A DNA stretch of 64,000 bases. Source: Podarcis pityusensis (Eukaryota). The notes beneath the pieces are model-generated. The model searched no databases and was not told the origin of the DNA. It saw only the letters and a list, made by a program, of their open reading frames with translations. The stretch lies in NCBI GenBank assembly GCA_964106645.2, contig OZ067038.1; one strand, given 5' to 3'. Each line of letters starts with the position of its first letter. Position 1 is the stretch's first letter. Both the position numbers and the translations under genes were made by a program. This document shows, one piece after another, positions 63,801-64,000 of the stretch.

Positions 63801-64000
63801 GCAAAAAGTCAGGGCGGAACAGCAGGTTTGGGGTCAGGAGATCTTCTGCCGACTTCGAAGCTGGTGGTTTCCAGCCAATTTTCAGCGCCACCCTCTATGA
63901 GTCCCAAAGAGGAGCTTTGTAAACTTTGCCTTTTTAGGCCTGGGAGCCAACAGCAGCAAACAGAAAGGCCCAGCTGCAAATGAAAATCCTCTCCTTGTGC

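Overview
This is eukaryotic DNA from a squamate reptile, most likely a lacertid lizard, judged from its Sauria SINEs, BovB, L2, L1 and Penelope-like retroelements and hAT/Tigger MITEs. Nearly all of the window is intron of a + strand tensin gene, best identified as TNS1. Two exons are well supported. One is a 38-bp C1-domain exon (19745-19782, xCKLSCHKKCEAK). The other is a short first coding exon, MDFGSVMNQ (54634-54660), which matches the chicken tensin N-terminus as I recall it. I did not find the neighbouring constitutive exons, so they probably lie outside the window. The most interesting signal is a set of ATG-initiated candidate alternative first exons whose donor phase fits their position: phase 1 upstream of the C1 exon and phase 0 downstream. 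One of them (54822-55034) would give tensin-1, normally a soluble focal-adhesion protein, a hydrophobic membrane-anchor-like N-terminus. The rest is transposon-derived, including nested insertions with visible target-site duplications (TSDs), an inverted SINE pair, a local ~400-bp duplication and a degenerate hammerhead-like motif. Most ORFs in the supplied track look like chance ORFs or transposon remnants. Family assignments come from pattern recognition, not database searches.
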